From positions 195-64,194 of the forward strand of contig CAYRVP010000003.1 in NCBI GenBank assembly GCA_964427845.1: a stretch of DNA of 64,000 bases. Direction: 5' to 3'. Shown in pieces: positions 56,202-64,000 of the stretch (position 1 is the stretch's first letter; each line of letters begins with the position of its first letter). A model generated the notes under the pieces. That model did no database searches and was not told the origin of the DNA. It was given only the letters and a program-made list of their open reading frames with translations. This DNA comes from an uncultured Caldilineaceae bacterium (GTDB taxonomy: Bacteria; Chloroflexota; Anaerolineae; Caldilineales; Caldilineaceae). Both the position numbers and the translations under genes were made by a program.

Positions 56202-56645
56202 TCAGGATTGGGCGGGCTGGGCCGCCGGATTGTCTGGTGCGGATGGGGCAGGATCTGCCGTCACCTGCAGGGTGTCGCCGCCGTCCGCCTCGCGCGCCGC
56301 ATAATCTGGCGTATAGGCAGGATCGGCCATGTCGTCATGCAGAAGGTAGGCGTGCGTGGTGTGGGGCAGGCGCCTGTAGGCTGCACGCGCCATGGCCGTG
56401 GTGGCAATCGGGCTGGTGACGGCAAAGAAGATGATGAGCAGGATCATCAATCCCATCTCAGCCGAGGCGATGAAATGGATTCCTGCGCTCAGCAGCAGCA
56501 GCGTAATGCCCAGCGCCGTACCCACGCTCGCCGCCTGCATGCGCTGGTGCACGCCCTGCAGGCGCACCGTGCCGACTGCGCTCACCAGCAGCAGCAGTGC
56601 GCCCAGCGCCGCGAGGATGAGGACGATGAAATCGCTCACAGCCAC
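56202..56645 (-). CDS. mnhG: Na+/H+ antiporter subunit G (with ~45-aa acidic/Pro-rich tail)
   Basis: Last gene of the seven-gene Mrp/Mnh operon; three TM segments. GTG start after GAGGAGG. Confidence 0.8.
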   Translation of the reverse strand: MAVSDFIVLILAALGALLLLVSAVGTVRLQGVHQRMQAASVGTALGITLLLLSAGIHFIASAEMGLMILLIIFFAVTSPIATTAMARAAYRRLPHTTHAYLLHDDMADPAYTPDYAAREADGGDTLQVTADPAPSAPDNPAAQPAQS

Positions 56646-56648
56646 TGC

Positions 56649-56930
56649 CTAATCCTCCTCGTCGCCCGAGGGCGACTGCTCGATGAAGTGCGCGAACATC
56701 ACCGTGCCCAGGAAACCGAGGATCGCCGTAATCAGCGCTGCATCCAGCAGCACTTGGTCCTCGAAGCGCATGGACGCCAGCACAAGCAGCCCCACCGCGT
56801 GCACCGAAATCAGGTCAAATGCCACCGTGCGGTCGGGCGTGGTTGGCCCCATATACAGGCGCACAAAGCAGATGAACATCGAAACACTGACGACGGCCAT
56901 CAGCGTTTCGGCCCACATTGCGAATGTCAT
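56649..56930 (-). CDS. mnhF: Na+/H+ antiporter subunit F
   Basis: 93 aa, three TM segments; ATGA overlap with mnhE. Confidence 0.8.
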   Translation of the reverse strand: MTFAMWAETLMAVVSVSMFICFVRLYMGPTTPDRTVAFDLISVHAVGLLVLASMRFEDQVLLDAALITAILGFLGTVMFAHFIEQSPSGDEED

Positions 56931-57439
56931 TGTGCACCGCTCTCCCTGCCCACGCGCACCCCGTCGCGCATGAAACCGAGGATGCGCGTCTCGAAATCCG
57001 CCTTGATCGACTGGCGCAGAGCCGCAGGGTCGCCCATTTCCAGCGCATGCACGAAGAGCACAATCCTGCCCTGGGTGTCGGTGCCGGTCTCAACCGAAAT
57101 TGTGCCCGGTGTGAGCGTAATCACCGTGGCGAGGATCAATACTTCAGCGCGGCTGCGCAAGACGAGCGGGATGGCGACGATGCCCGGCTGCACGCGTCCC
57201 TGCGGGCCAAGGATCACACGCGTTACGCGCACGGCGCTCAGTACAATTTGCCACGTTACGAAAAAGACAAACGCAAGCGCGCGCAGGCTGCGCGTGCCAT
57301 AGCTGGGGCTGACCAGCCACGTGACCAGGAACGAGAGGATGAAGCCTACGAGAAACCCCAGAACGGAGGTCGTTCCCTGAAGCAATCCCCATGTGATCGT
57401 CAGCAATAGATTGATGCTGAAACTCTGCCACATCTTCAT
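56927..57439 (-). CDS. mnhE: Na+/H+ antiporter subunit E
   Basis: 170 aa; operon position; ATGA overlaps on both sides. Confidence 0.8.
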   Translation of the reverse strand: MKMWQSFSINLLLTITWGLLQGTTSVLGFLVGFILSFLVTWLVSPSYGTRSLRALAFVFFVTWQIVLSAVRVTRVILGPQGRVQPGIVAIPLVLRSRAEVLILATVITLTPGTISVETGTDTQGRIVLFVHALEMGDPAALRQSIKADFETRILGFMRDGVRVGRESGAQ

Positions 57440-59061
57440 GGGTGCGGCTCCGCACTCTCTGACCCAACAATATGTGGCTCAATCGGGGTGTCAGCCATGG
57501 GCGCAACTGCGGCAATGTAGCCGTCGCGATCAAGGACCTGCCGTGCCGCAGTCTGCGCGATGTCTAGCACGGGGCGAAAGAAGATGCCCAGTGCCAGGCT
57601 CAGCGCCACCAGCACAGTCATTGGCCCCTGCGTGAGCCAGGTGGCATGGGCCTTGCGCAGGGGTGTCCACTGCGCGTGGCCACTCGAGAATTCGCCCCAG
57701 AAGATATATTGCCAGAGGCGAATCATCACCATCGTTGTCAACAGACTTACAAGCAGACTGATGCCGGCAATCCAGTATTGATGGACGCTGAGGCTGGCTT
57801 GCAGCAGGCTCAGCTTGCCTACGAAACCACTCGACGGCGGAATGCCGGCCAGCGAAAAGGCCGCGACGAAGAATATGCCCGCCAGATAAGGCCGTTTGGC
57901 GGCGAGCCCTCCAATCGCGCCCAGGTTGCCGCTCCCCATTTCCAGTTCGGCCAGGCCACCACCCATGAGCAGCGCGGTCTTGACGAGCATGTTGTGAATG
58001 ATGAAGATGATGCCCGCCGCCAGCGCAAAGCCCGGGACGGGCGCGTCAGGATCCAGCGCAATCCCCAGCGCCAGCAACATGAAGCCAACCTGGCTGATGA
58101 TGTCGAAACTAATCAGCCGGCGGATTGTTGGCTGGACTAACGCGCCCAGCACGCTAATGAGCATGGTGAGCGCGGCGATTGTGAGAATGAGGGGCTGCCA
58201 CGCCACCAGCAGGCCAGGGAAGAAGAGGGGGAAGAGGCGGAAGAGCGTGTAGACACCCACCTTGGTGAGGGTGCCGCCAAAGAGCACCGTCACCACAGGG
58301 TGAGGTGTGTGATACGAGGCGGGCAGCCAGAAGAAGAACGGGAAGATCCCCGCCTTGCTGCCAAAGGCCACCAGCATGAGACCTGCCAGCAGCAGGCGCA
58401 CCTCTTCGGGCGCGATGTCCAGCCGCTGCGCCATCTGCGCCATGTTCAGCGTGCCCAGTGTTCCGTAGGCAACGCCCGCCGCCGACAGAAACACGAGCGA
58501 TGCCATGAGATTAAGCACCACATAACGGATGCCGCCGTTAATCTGCCCAGGCGTGCCGCCCAGCGTGAGCAGCACGAAGCTCGAAGTGAGCAGCACTTCG
58601 AAGAAGACGTACAGATTGAATAGATCACCCGCGAGATAGGCGCCGTTCATCCCCATGAGCAGCAGCAATGTGAGAGGGTAAAAGCCCATGCTCTCGCGAT
58701 GCTGGTCAAGCGTGCCAGCAGCAAAGGGTACTACGGCGACCACGAGAATGGCCGTCATGAGGAGCATAATCGCCGTAAAGCCGTCGGCAATCAGGGTGAT
58801 GCCAAAGGGCGCCGGCCAGCCCCCCATCTGATACACAATGCGTGCACCTTCGTCACCTGCCGTCGTGTGGGCAAGGACGAGAAGCGCAACCAGGACACAG
58901 AGCGCGGCCGCAATGCCCGCCAGCCAACGCTGCAGTTCGAAGCGCTGTCCAAAGCCAAGGCGCGCCACCAGCAACAGCAAGCCGGCTGTAACCATTGGCA
59001 ACGCCACGGGCAGCGCCAACCATGTGGGTGCAAAGGGGATGGTGCGCAGCAATTCCAGCAA
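57436..59061 (-). CDS. mnhD: Na+/H+ antiporter subunit D (NuoN/NuoM-like)
   Basis: 541-aa polytopic proton-pumping-subunit-like protein. TTG start 9 nt after GGAG. Confidence 0.85.
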   Translation of the reverse strand: MLELLRTIPFAPTWLALPVALPMVTAGLLLLVARLGFGQRFELQRWLAGIAAALCVLVALLVLAHTTAGDEGARIVYQMGGWPAPFGITLIADGFTAIMLLMTAILVVAVVPFAAGTLDQHRESMGFYPLTLLLLMGMNGAYLAGDLFNLYVFFEVLLTSSFVLLTLGGTPGQINGGIRYVVLNLMASLVFLSAAGVAYGTLGTLNMAQMAQRLDIAPEEVRLLLAGLMLVAFGSKAGIFPFFFWLPASYHTPHPVVTVLFGGTLTKVGVYTLFRLFPLFFPGLLVAWQPLILTIAALTMLISVLGALVQPTIRRLISFDIISQVGFMLLALGIALDPDAPVPGFALAAGIIFIIHNMLVKTALLMGGGLAELEMGSGNLGAIGGLAAKRPYLAGIFFVAAFSLAGIPPSSGFVGKLSLLQASLSVHQYWIAGISLLVSLLTTMVMIRLWQYIFWGEFSSGHAQWTPLRKAHATWLTQGPMTVLVALSLALGIFFRPVLDIAQTAARQVLDRDGYIAAVAPMADTPIEPHIVGSESAEPHP

Positions 59062-59121
59062 GAAGGGACTCCAGATAGGTGAAAAGTGAAGCGCGCTCGA
59101 AAGAAACCTGTACCGAACTGA

Positions 59122-59658
59122 CTACTCGGGTGTGGATGATTCGACAGTCGTGTCGGTGGCTTCGGCGGGCAGCGGTTCATTCAAGTCGTAAATCTCGTCC
59201 AGTTCAAACTGAAGAATGTCATAGTCATCCGACACGTCGGAAAAAAGAAGATCCAGAATCGGCTCGCGGCTGGTGGTGTGGAAAGGGTCTTCAGCATTGA
59301 CGTAGCGAGCCAACTCACCGGGAACAACGTCCGTACCGGTCAGCGCATCACGGCGGCTCACCAGCACAACAATGAAGGCAGTGAGGCCAAAGCTGATGAC
59401 GATGGCTGTCAGGATAAGCGCCTGGGGCAGCGGGTCGGCAAAGGGGCGGGTGGCCAGTGCAATCGCGAAGTTCTCTTTGTCCTCGAAAATGGGCGTGGCG
59501 CCGCGCAGGAGTACGCCCGAACCGAAAAGCATGAGGTTGATACCGTGGCTCAGAAGCGCAAAGCCCAGTATCAGCTTGACCTGATTGCGGCGCATCACCA
59601 TGAAGCTGCCGGTGGCAAGCAGTACGGCCACAAGGAACGCGAGTACGATCGAGGTCAT
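59122..59658 (-). CDS. mnhC: Na+/H+ antiporter subunit C (NuoK-like) with ~65-aa acidic C-terminal extension
   Basis: N-terminal 110 aa is NuoK-like (three TM segments). The tail is rich in D/E (DVSDDYDILQFELDEIYDLNEPLPAE). Confidence 0.8.
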   Translation of the reverse strand: MTSIVLAFLVAVLLATGSFMVMRRNQVKLILGFALLSHGINLMLFGSGVLLRGATPIFEDKENFAIALATRPFADPLPQALILTAIVISFGLTAFIVVLVSRRDALTGTDVVPGELARYVNAEDPFHTTSREPILDLLFSDVSDDYDILQFELDEIYDLNEPLPAEATDTTVESSTPE

Positions 59659-60152
59659 TGCGCCTCCTCGTGCCCGCTGCCCAGCTGGCTGGTCGGATTA
59701 AGCGGCGGTCTGCCGAGGCGTGGTTCGTCTACCGTCTCCAGCACATTCGCACTCAAACCCAGGGTGAAGGAGACCGTTGCGCCCGTAACGGCCAGGAAGA
59801 CGCCCAGGTCAAAAGTCACGGGCGTGCCAATCTTGTAGTGAATGGGGCCAAGTTCTATCGTCCACCAGATGGCGTGGAAGAAGCCCAGGCCTGTGAACAA
59901 CCCCAGCAGCGCCGAGCCAACCCCAAGCAGGATGCCCAATGCGATCATCGTCTGCAACGTGCGCCCGATACGATCGCGCATCACCTTCGCACCATTGGCA
60001 AGGATCTGCAGGACAAAGGCCGACGAAACCATGAGCGCGGCAATGAAGCCGCCGCCTGGCGCATCGTGGCCGCGCAGCAAGAGTACGATGCCAATCAGCA
60101 GCAGCAGTGGCGTCAGCACGCGGTCAAGCAGCCGCAGGTAGAGTTCTATCAT
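59655..60152 (-). CDS. mnhB: Na+/H+ antiporter subunit B
   Basis: 165 aa, four TM segments; ATGA overlaps with mnhA and mnhC. Confidence 0.8.
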   Translation of the reverse strand: MIELYLRLLDRVLTPLLLLIGIVLLLRGHDAPGGGFIAALMVSSAFVLQILANGAKVMRDRIGRTLQTMIALGILLGVGSALLGLFTGLGFFHAIWWTIELGPIHYKIGTPVTFDLGVFLAVTGATVSFTLGLSANVLETVDEPRLGRPPLNPTSQLGSGHEEAQ

Positions 60153-62608
60153 GGGGCTGCCCGCTCCTGTTCAGCAACCGCAACAACTGCACTGACCCCA
60201 CCCTCGGTGGCAGGGCCGTCACGGCTGAGGCGGCGCAGCAAGCGGCGCTGCAGGGCTGCCATACGCGGTGCGCGCAGCAGTGCGAAGCCACCTACCGCCG
60301 CAATCGCCAGCACAGTCATCTCGCCCAGGGTGTCATAGCCACGGAAATCAACCAGAATCACATTGACAATGTTGCCGCCATTGCCGTATGGGACGGAGAA
60401 GCGCTCGTAATAGTCTGATATCGAGGGTGCAACCTGGATGACGGCATTGAGCAGCACCAATGTGAAGCCGAATACCCCCATGGCTACAGCGACGAAAATC
60501 TGGTATGCCATCACCCGACGCGGCGCAGGCGGCAGGCGATCGGGCTTGAGGCGAAAGAAGACGAGCACCAGCAGTACTACCGTCAGCAATTCGATAAGCA
60601 ATTGCGTCAGCGCCAGGTCGGGCGCGCTGAAGAAGATGAAATAGAGAGTCACCGTAACGCCCACCACGCCCAGGCTGATGATAGCGCTGAGGCGGTTGCG
60701 CGCCCGCACGGTGACCACAGCCGCGATCATCGCCATGATCGCCAGCACGACCTCGGGTATCGAGGGCAGCGTGCCGAAGATTAGTTGCTGATAACGCACC
60801 GATTCGGCGCGCGCGAGCGCCAGCGCGGCCACGCCGGCGGCCGCAAGCAGCGTGACGCTAATTTGCGAAGCCATTGTGCCACCCTGCACCCTGCGCGTAA
60901 GCCAGCGGGCGAAGTCGACGATGGCCTGATTGGTGCGGTTGAAGGCTGCCAGCCCACTGAGCATTGCGGGCGCACGATTGAGCCACCCGTAGATCGCATG
61001 GCGCAGCAGGAAGAAGCCAAGTCCCAGCGTCAGTGCAACCATGCTCACGGTGAAGACGAGGTTGAAGCCATGCCATAGTGCCAGCTCCACACCTGTATCG
61101 CTACCCGCAATCGCGTTGGCCGCAGGCGCCAGCACATACTTGCCCAGCGGTTCCAGGAAAAAGGGCAGCAGCGCGCCGAGCGAAGCAATCATCAGCGCAG
61201 GGAACACAAACGCGAAGCGCGGCTTGTGGTGCACACGGAGAGGCGCGAGCGCCTCATCGCTCTGCGGCGGCAGCGCATTCTCGCTGCGCACAAAGGGCTC
61301 CCAGGCCAGTTTGAGTGCGACTGCCACCGTCAGCGCGGCCACGATCACAATTGCCACCAGCGCCGTCCACTCGCCGGCCGCGCCGTAGACTTCACCCAGC
61401 TTGTGCGCGCTCTCCAGCAGCAGCTCCTTGGCAACAAAGCCGAGCAGTGGAGGCACACCCGCCATGCTCAGCGCGGCGATGAAGACCACCGCCGCGACCC
61501 ACGGCAGCGGCCGCATGAGGGCCGAGAGGCGGCGCAGGTCGCGCGTGCCTGTTGCATGGTCCACAATGCCCGCCGCCAGGAAGAGCGGCCCCTTGTAGAG
61601 CGCATGTGCCAGCACTCCCATCGCCACCGCCATGGGTGCGTAGGTGACGGGGACGCCGAGCAGCATCGTCAACACGCCCAGCCAACTCACCGTCGCGTAT
61701 GCCAGCAGCGCCTTCATGTCGGAGTAGCGCAGCGCGCTCACCGCGCCCAACAGCATGGTGATGCCGCCAACGGTGATCAGCGTAGGTGTCCACAGCGGCG
61801 CACTGTGGAACGCCGGGTGCAGGCGCGCGAGCAGGAATATGCCCGCCTTGACCATCGTGGCCGAATGCAGGTAGGCGCTGGCCGGCGTGGGCGCCGACAT
61901 TGCACCGGGCAACCAGAAGTGAAAGGGGAACTGCGCCGACTTGGTAAATGCGCCCAGCATAACCAGAATCAGCGCAGGCGTGATGTAGGGGTGGCCAAGC
62001 AGCGCGCCCCCCTGCCCGGCTGCGAGAATGCCGCTGATCGAATAGGTGCCCGCCGCTGTGCCCAGCAGGATCATGCCCGCGAGCATGGCCAAACCGCCCA
62101 GCCCCGTTACGATGAACGCACGGCGACCGCCCTCACGCGCCGACCTTGAAGTTGTCTTGAAGGCAATCAGCAGGTAGGAGGTGATGCTCGTCCCCTCCCA
62201 AAAGCAGAAGAGACCCAGCAGATTATCCGAAAGCACCAACCCCAGCATGGAGGCCATGAAGAGGAAGAGGAGCACGTTGAAATAGGCGAGGCGCTTGTCG
62301 TCCTCAAAGTAGTAGCCCGTATAGACGGCAATGCCCGCGCCTACGCCCGTCACGATCAGCGCGAAGAGCAGCGACAGGCCATCAAGCCGAAAACTCAGTT
62401 CGAGGCCGAGTTCAGGCACCCAGCCATGGCTCTCGGTGAGCGCGTTGCCGGCCGCTATCGCAGGGGCCTGCAGCAGCAGCCAGCCAAAGACCACGGCGGG
62501 CACAAGCGCGGCAAGCCAGCCGCTATGGCGGTAACGATGGGGCCTCAGCGCCGCCATCAGTGGCCCAACCAGGGCAATGAGTATCAAGCTCAGGGCAAAT
62601 ACGGGCAC
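60149..62608 (-). CDS. mnhA: Na+/H+ antiporter subunit A (NuoL-like plus MnhB-like C-terminal domain)
   Basis: About 819-aa polytopic protein. Start proposed at GTG 62608 (MPVFALSLILIAL...). The ORF upstream to 63391 runs antisense to the HAD gene and is not credible. Confidence 0.85.
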   Translation of the reverse strand: MPVFALSLILIALVGPLMAALRPHRYRHSGWLAALVPAVVFGWLLLQAPAIAAGNALTESHGWVPELGLELSFRLDGLSLLFALIVTGVGAGIAVYTGYYFEDDKRLAYFNVLLFLFMASMLGLVLSDNLLGLFCFWEGTSITSYLLIAFKTTSRSAREGGRRAFIVTGLGGLAMLAGMILLGTAAGTYSISGILAAGQGGALLGHPYITPALILVMLGAFTKSAQFPFHFWLPGAMSAPTPASAYLHSATMVKAGIFLLARLHPAFHSAPLWTPTLITVGGITMLLGAVSALRYSDMKALLAYATVSWLGVLTMLLGVPVTYAPMAVAMGVLAHALYKGPLFLAAGIVDHATGTRDLRRLSALMRPLPWVAAVVFIAALSMAGVPPLLGFVAKELLLESAHKLGEVYGAAGEWTALVAIVIVAALTVAVALKLAWEPFVRSENALPPQSDEALAPLRVHHKPRFAFVFPALMIASLGALLPFFLEPLGKYVLAPAANAIAGSDTGVELALWHGFNLVFTVSMVALTLGLGFFLLRHAIYGWLNRAPAMLSGLAAFNRTNQAIVDFARWLTRRVQGGTMASQISVTLLAAAGVAALALARAESVRYQQLIFGTLPSIPEVVLAIMAMIAAVVTVRARNRLSAIISLGVVGVTVTLYFIFFSAPDLALTQLLIELLTVVLLVLVFFRLKPDRLPPAPRRVMAYQIFVAVAMGVFGFTLVLLNAVIQVAPSISDYYERFSVPYGNGGNIVNVILVDFRGYDTLGEMTVLAIAAVGGFALLRAPRMAALQRRLLRRLSRDGPATEGGVSAVVAVAEQERAAP

Positions 62609-62836
62609 GCGGGAATAGACTCTTTCATGCGTGGGATTGCGAGGCTTGCTGAACCGCAGGCTGCGTACGCATCGAGCGTTGCACGCTGCGGCTGTACGTG
62701 CGCCGGCGGCGCGGAATCCACGGCAATTGCCCAAGCGCGCGGCGCGGTGGTAGGATACATGAGGCTGCACGTTTCGACAATTCGCCATCGTGAATACCCT
62801 TATCTCACCGCATCGCGCACGCATATCCGCATCCCT

Positions 62837-63445
62837 ATGAAGGCGATTCTCTTTGACCTGGGCCGCGTCCTCATTGGCTATGAGCACGCACAAACCATAG
62901 CCGGCCTGGCCGCCATATGCAGCAACGGCCAGAGTGCGCGCGGAGCCGGCGGCGCACTCCTGCATAACCTGGAGAGTGATCTCACGGCGGGGCGCATGGG
63001 CGCCGAAGCACTCCATGCCCATTTCCGCGCGTTTGCCGGGGCGACAGCCGATGCAAGTGCGTTTTTCGCAGCCTTCACCCCGGGCATCAGACGCGACGAA
63101 GCCGCGCTCGCCTATGCACTGGAACTTGAACGCCGCCCGGATCTCCTTGTTGCGGTCATCAGCAACACCAACGAGGCGCACGTACGCTGGCTCGATGCGC
63201 GCGTCCCCGAGTTGCGCAGCTTTGACCTTGTGATGATGAGCAGTGAACTTGGCGTGGGCAAACCCGACCCGGCCGTCTATCGTCTGGCGCTGGAATTGCT
63301 GGATGTCGATGCGCGCCACGCGCTCTTCGTGGACGACGTTCTCGAAAATGTCGAAGCGGCGCAGGTGCTCGGCATCCACGCGATTCAGCACTTCGACTGG
63401 GCAATCACGCGTGCGCAGATTGAGGCGTGGCTGCAGACCGCATGA
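62837..63445 (+). CDS. HAD-superfamily hydrolase, subfamily IA (YihX-like FDLG motif)
   Basis: ILFDLGRVL (motif I), ISNTN (motif II), GVGKPD and FVDD (motifs III/IV). Confidence 0.75.
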   Translation: MKAILFDLGRVLIGYEHAQTIAGLAAICSNGQSARGAGGALLHNLESDLTAGRMGAEALHAHFRAFAGATADASAFFAAFTPGIRRDEAALAYALELERRPDLLVAVISNTNEAHVRWLDARVPELRSFDLVMMSSELGVGKPDPAVYRLALELLDVDARHALFVDDVLENVEAAQVLGIHAIQHFDWAITRAQIEAWLQTA

Positions 63446-64000
63446 TCGCTCTGCCGCTGCATCATGCCCACGCGTGGAATGTGACGCCTGCGCAGGCCGT
63501 TGACATTCAGCGCAAACTGGCCGCGCTTGTGCGGCCGCTACCCTTGCATGGCCCGCCGCGCACCGTGGCCGGGGTCGACGTCAGCGTGCAGCGCGGCGAG
63601 GTGCAGGCCGCTGTCGTGGTGCTTGACTTTGGATCCCTTGAGCTTGTCGCAGAGGCGCGCTGGCGCGGCCCGGCTGCGTTCCCGTACGTGCCCGGCCTGC
63701 TGAGTTTTCGGGAAATTCCCGCCGTGCTGCGCGCGCTCGAGAATCTTGATGCGCTGCCCGACTTGATCATGGCCGATGCGCACGGGGTGGCGCACCCCCG
63801 GCGCATGGGGATGGCCGCGCACCTGGGCGTGTTGCTCGACGCACCCGTGGTGGGCGTAGCCAAGTCGAAATTGGTGGGCGCCTATGCGCCGCCCGCCGAC
63901 ACGGCAGGCGCGCAAACACCGCTTTACGACGGCCTCGAGCAGATCGGCGTGGTGCTGCGCACACATGCGGGCGTCAAGCCGCTCTTCGTGAGCGTTGGCC
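63442..64000 (+). CDS. nfi: Endonuclease V (3' end outside the window)
   Basis: ATGA overlap with the HAD stop. VAGVDVS, LLSFREIP, DAHGVAHPRRMGMAAHLGV, VGVAKS. Confidence 0.85.
   Translation, partial: MIALPLHHAHAWNVTPAQAVDIQRKLAALVRPLPLHGPPRTVAGVDVSVQRGEVQAAVVVLDFGSLELVAEARWRGPAAFPYVPGLLSFREIPAVLRALENLDALPDLIMADAHGVAHPRRMGMAAHLGVLLDAPVVGVAKSKLVGAYAPPADTAGAQTPLYDGLEQIGVVLRTHAGVKPLFVSVG

Noticed and set aside
62609-63391. A 260-aa N-terminal extension of the mnhA ORF (the ORF track gives 60149..63391).
   Set aside because: The extension runs antisense to the well-supported HAD hydrolase gene (62837..63445) and has no membrane character. The MnhA-like sequence starts at GTG 62608.

Overview
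High-GC (about 65%) bacterial chromosomal segment, densely packed and mostly housekeeping. Minus strand, left to right: a tRNA cluster (partial tRNA, tRNA-Ala, tRNA-Leu), RNase P RNA, a molybdopterin operon (moeA, moaC, fused moaD-moaE), an S8 peptidase with a small partner gene, a sugar ABC importer, a Ycf46-like AAA+ operon, a large M23/glycosidase wall hydrolase, an aquaporin, a heterodimeric ABC exporter behind a leader ORF and terminator, manC-like, dprA, rimM, a KH protein, rpsP, ffh, an ECF sigma/anti-sigma pair, an FG-GAP protein, ppk, a membrane P-loop ATPase, a C-S lyase and a complete mnhA-G antiporter operon. Plus strand: an SNF2 helicase, a MerB-like gene, CaCA, yigZ-like, an LCP protein, mdh, a CPBP protease, an MFS transporter, a HAD hydrolase and nfi. 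No CRISPR array, transposase or prophage was seen. Three signals stand out. (1) The MerB-like lyase has an in-frame UGA at the catalytic-Cys position, followed by a SECIS-like GGUC hairpin, so it is a candidate selenoprotein. (2) Two families of intergenic palindromes are abundant. One has GTAG/TAA/TAG-CGG termini, like REP/REPIN elements. The other is built from TCART heptad or octad repeats. In four intergenic regions the terminal triplet of the palindrome is the stop codon of the flanking gene. (3) A leader ORF plus intrinsic terminator lies upstream of the ABC exporter, resembling BmrB-BmrCD attenuation. Also noted: an RNase P RNA whose P4 helix is kept by compensatory changes, and many promoters placed for leaderless mRNAs. 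All functional calls rest on motif recognition by eye; no database search was run.
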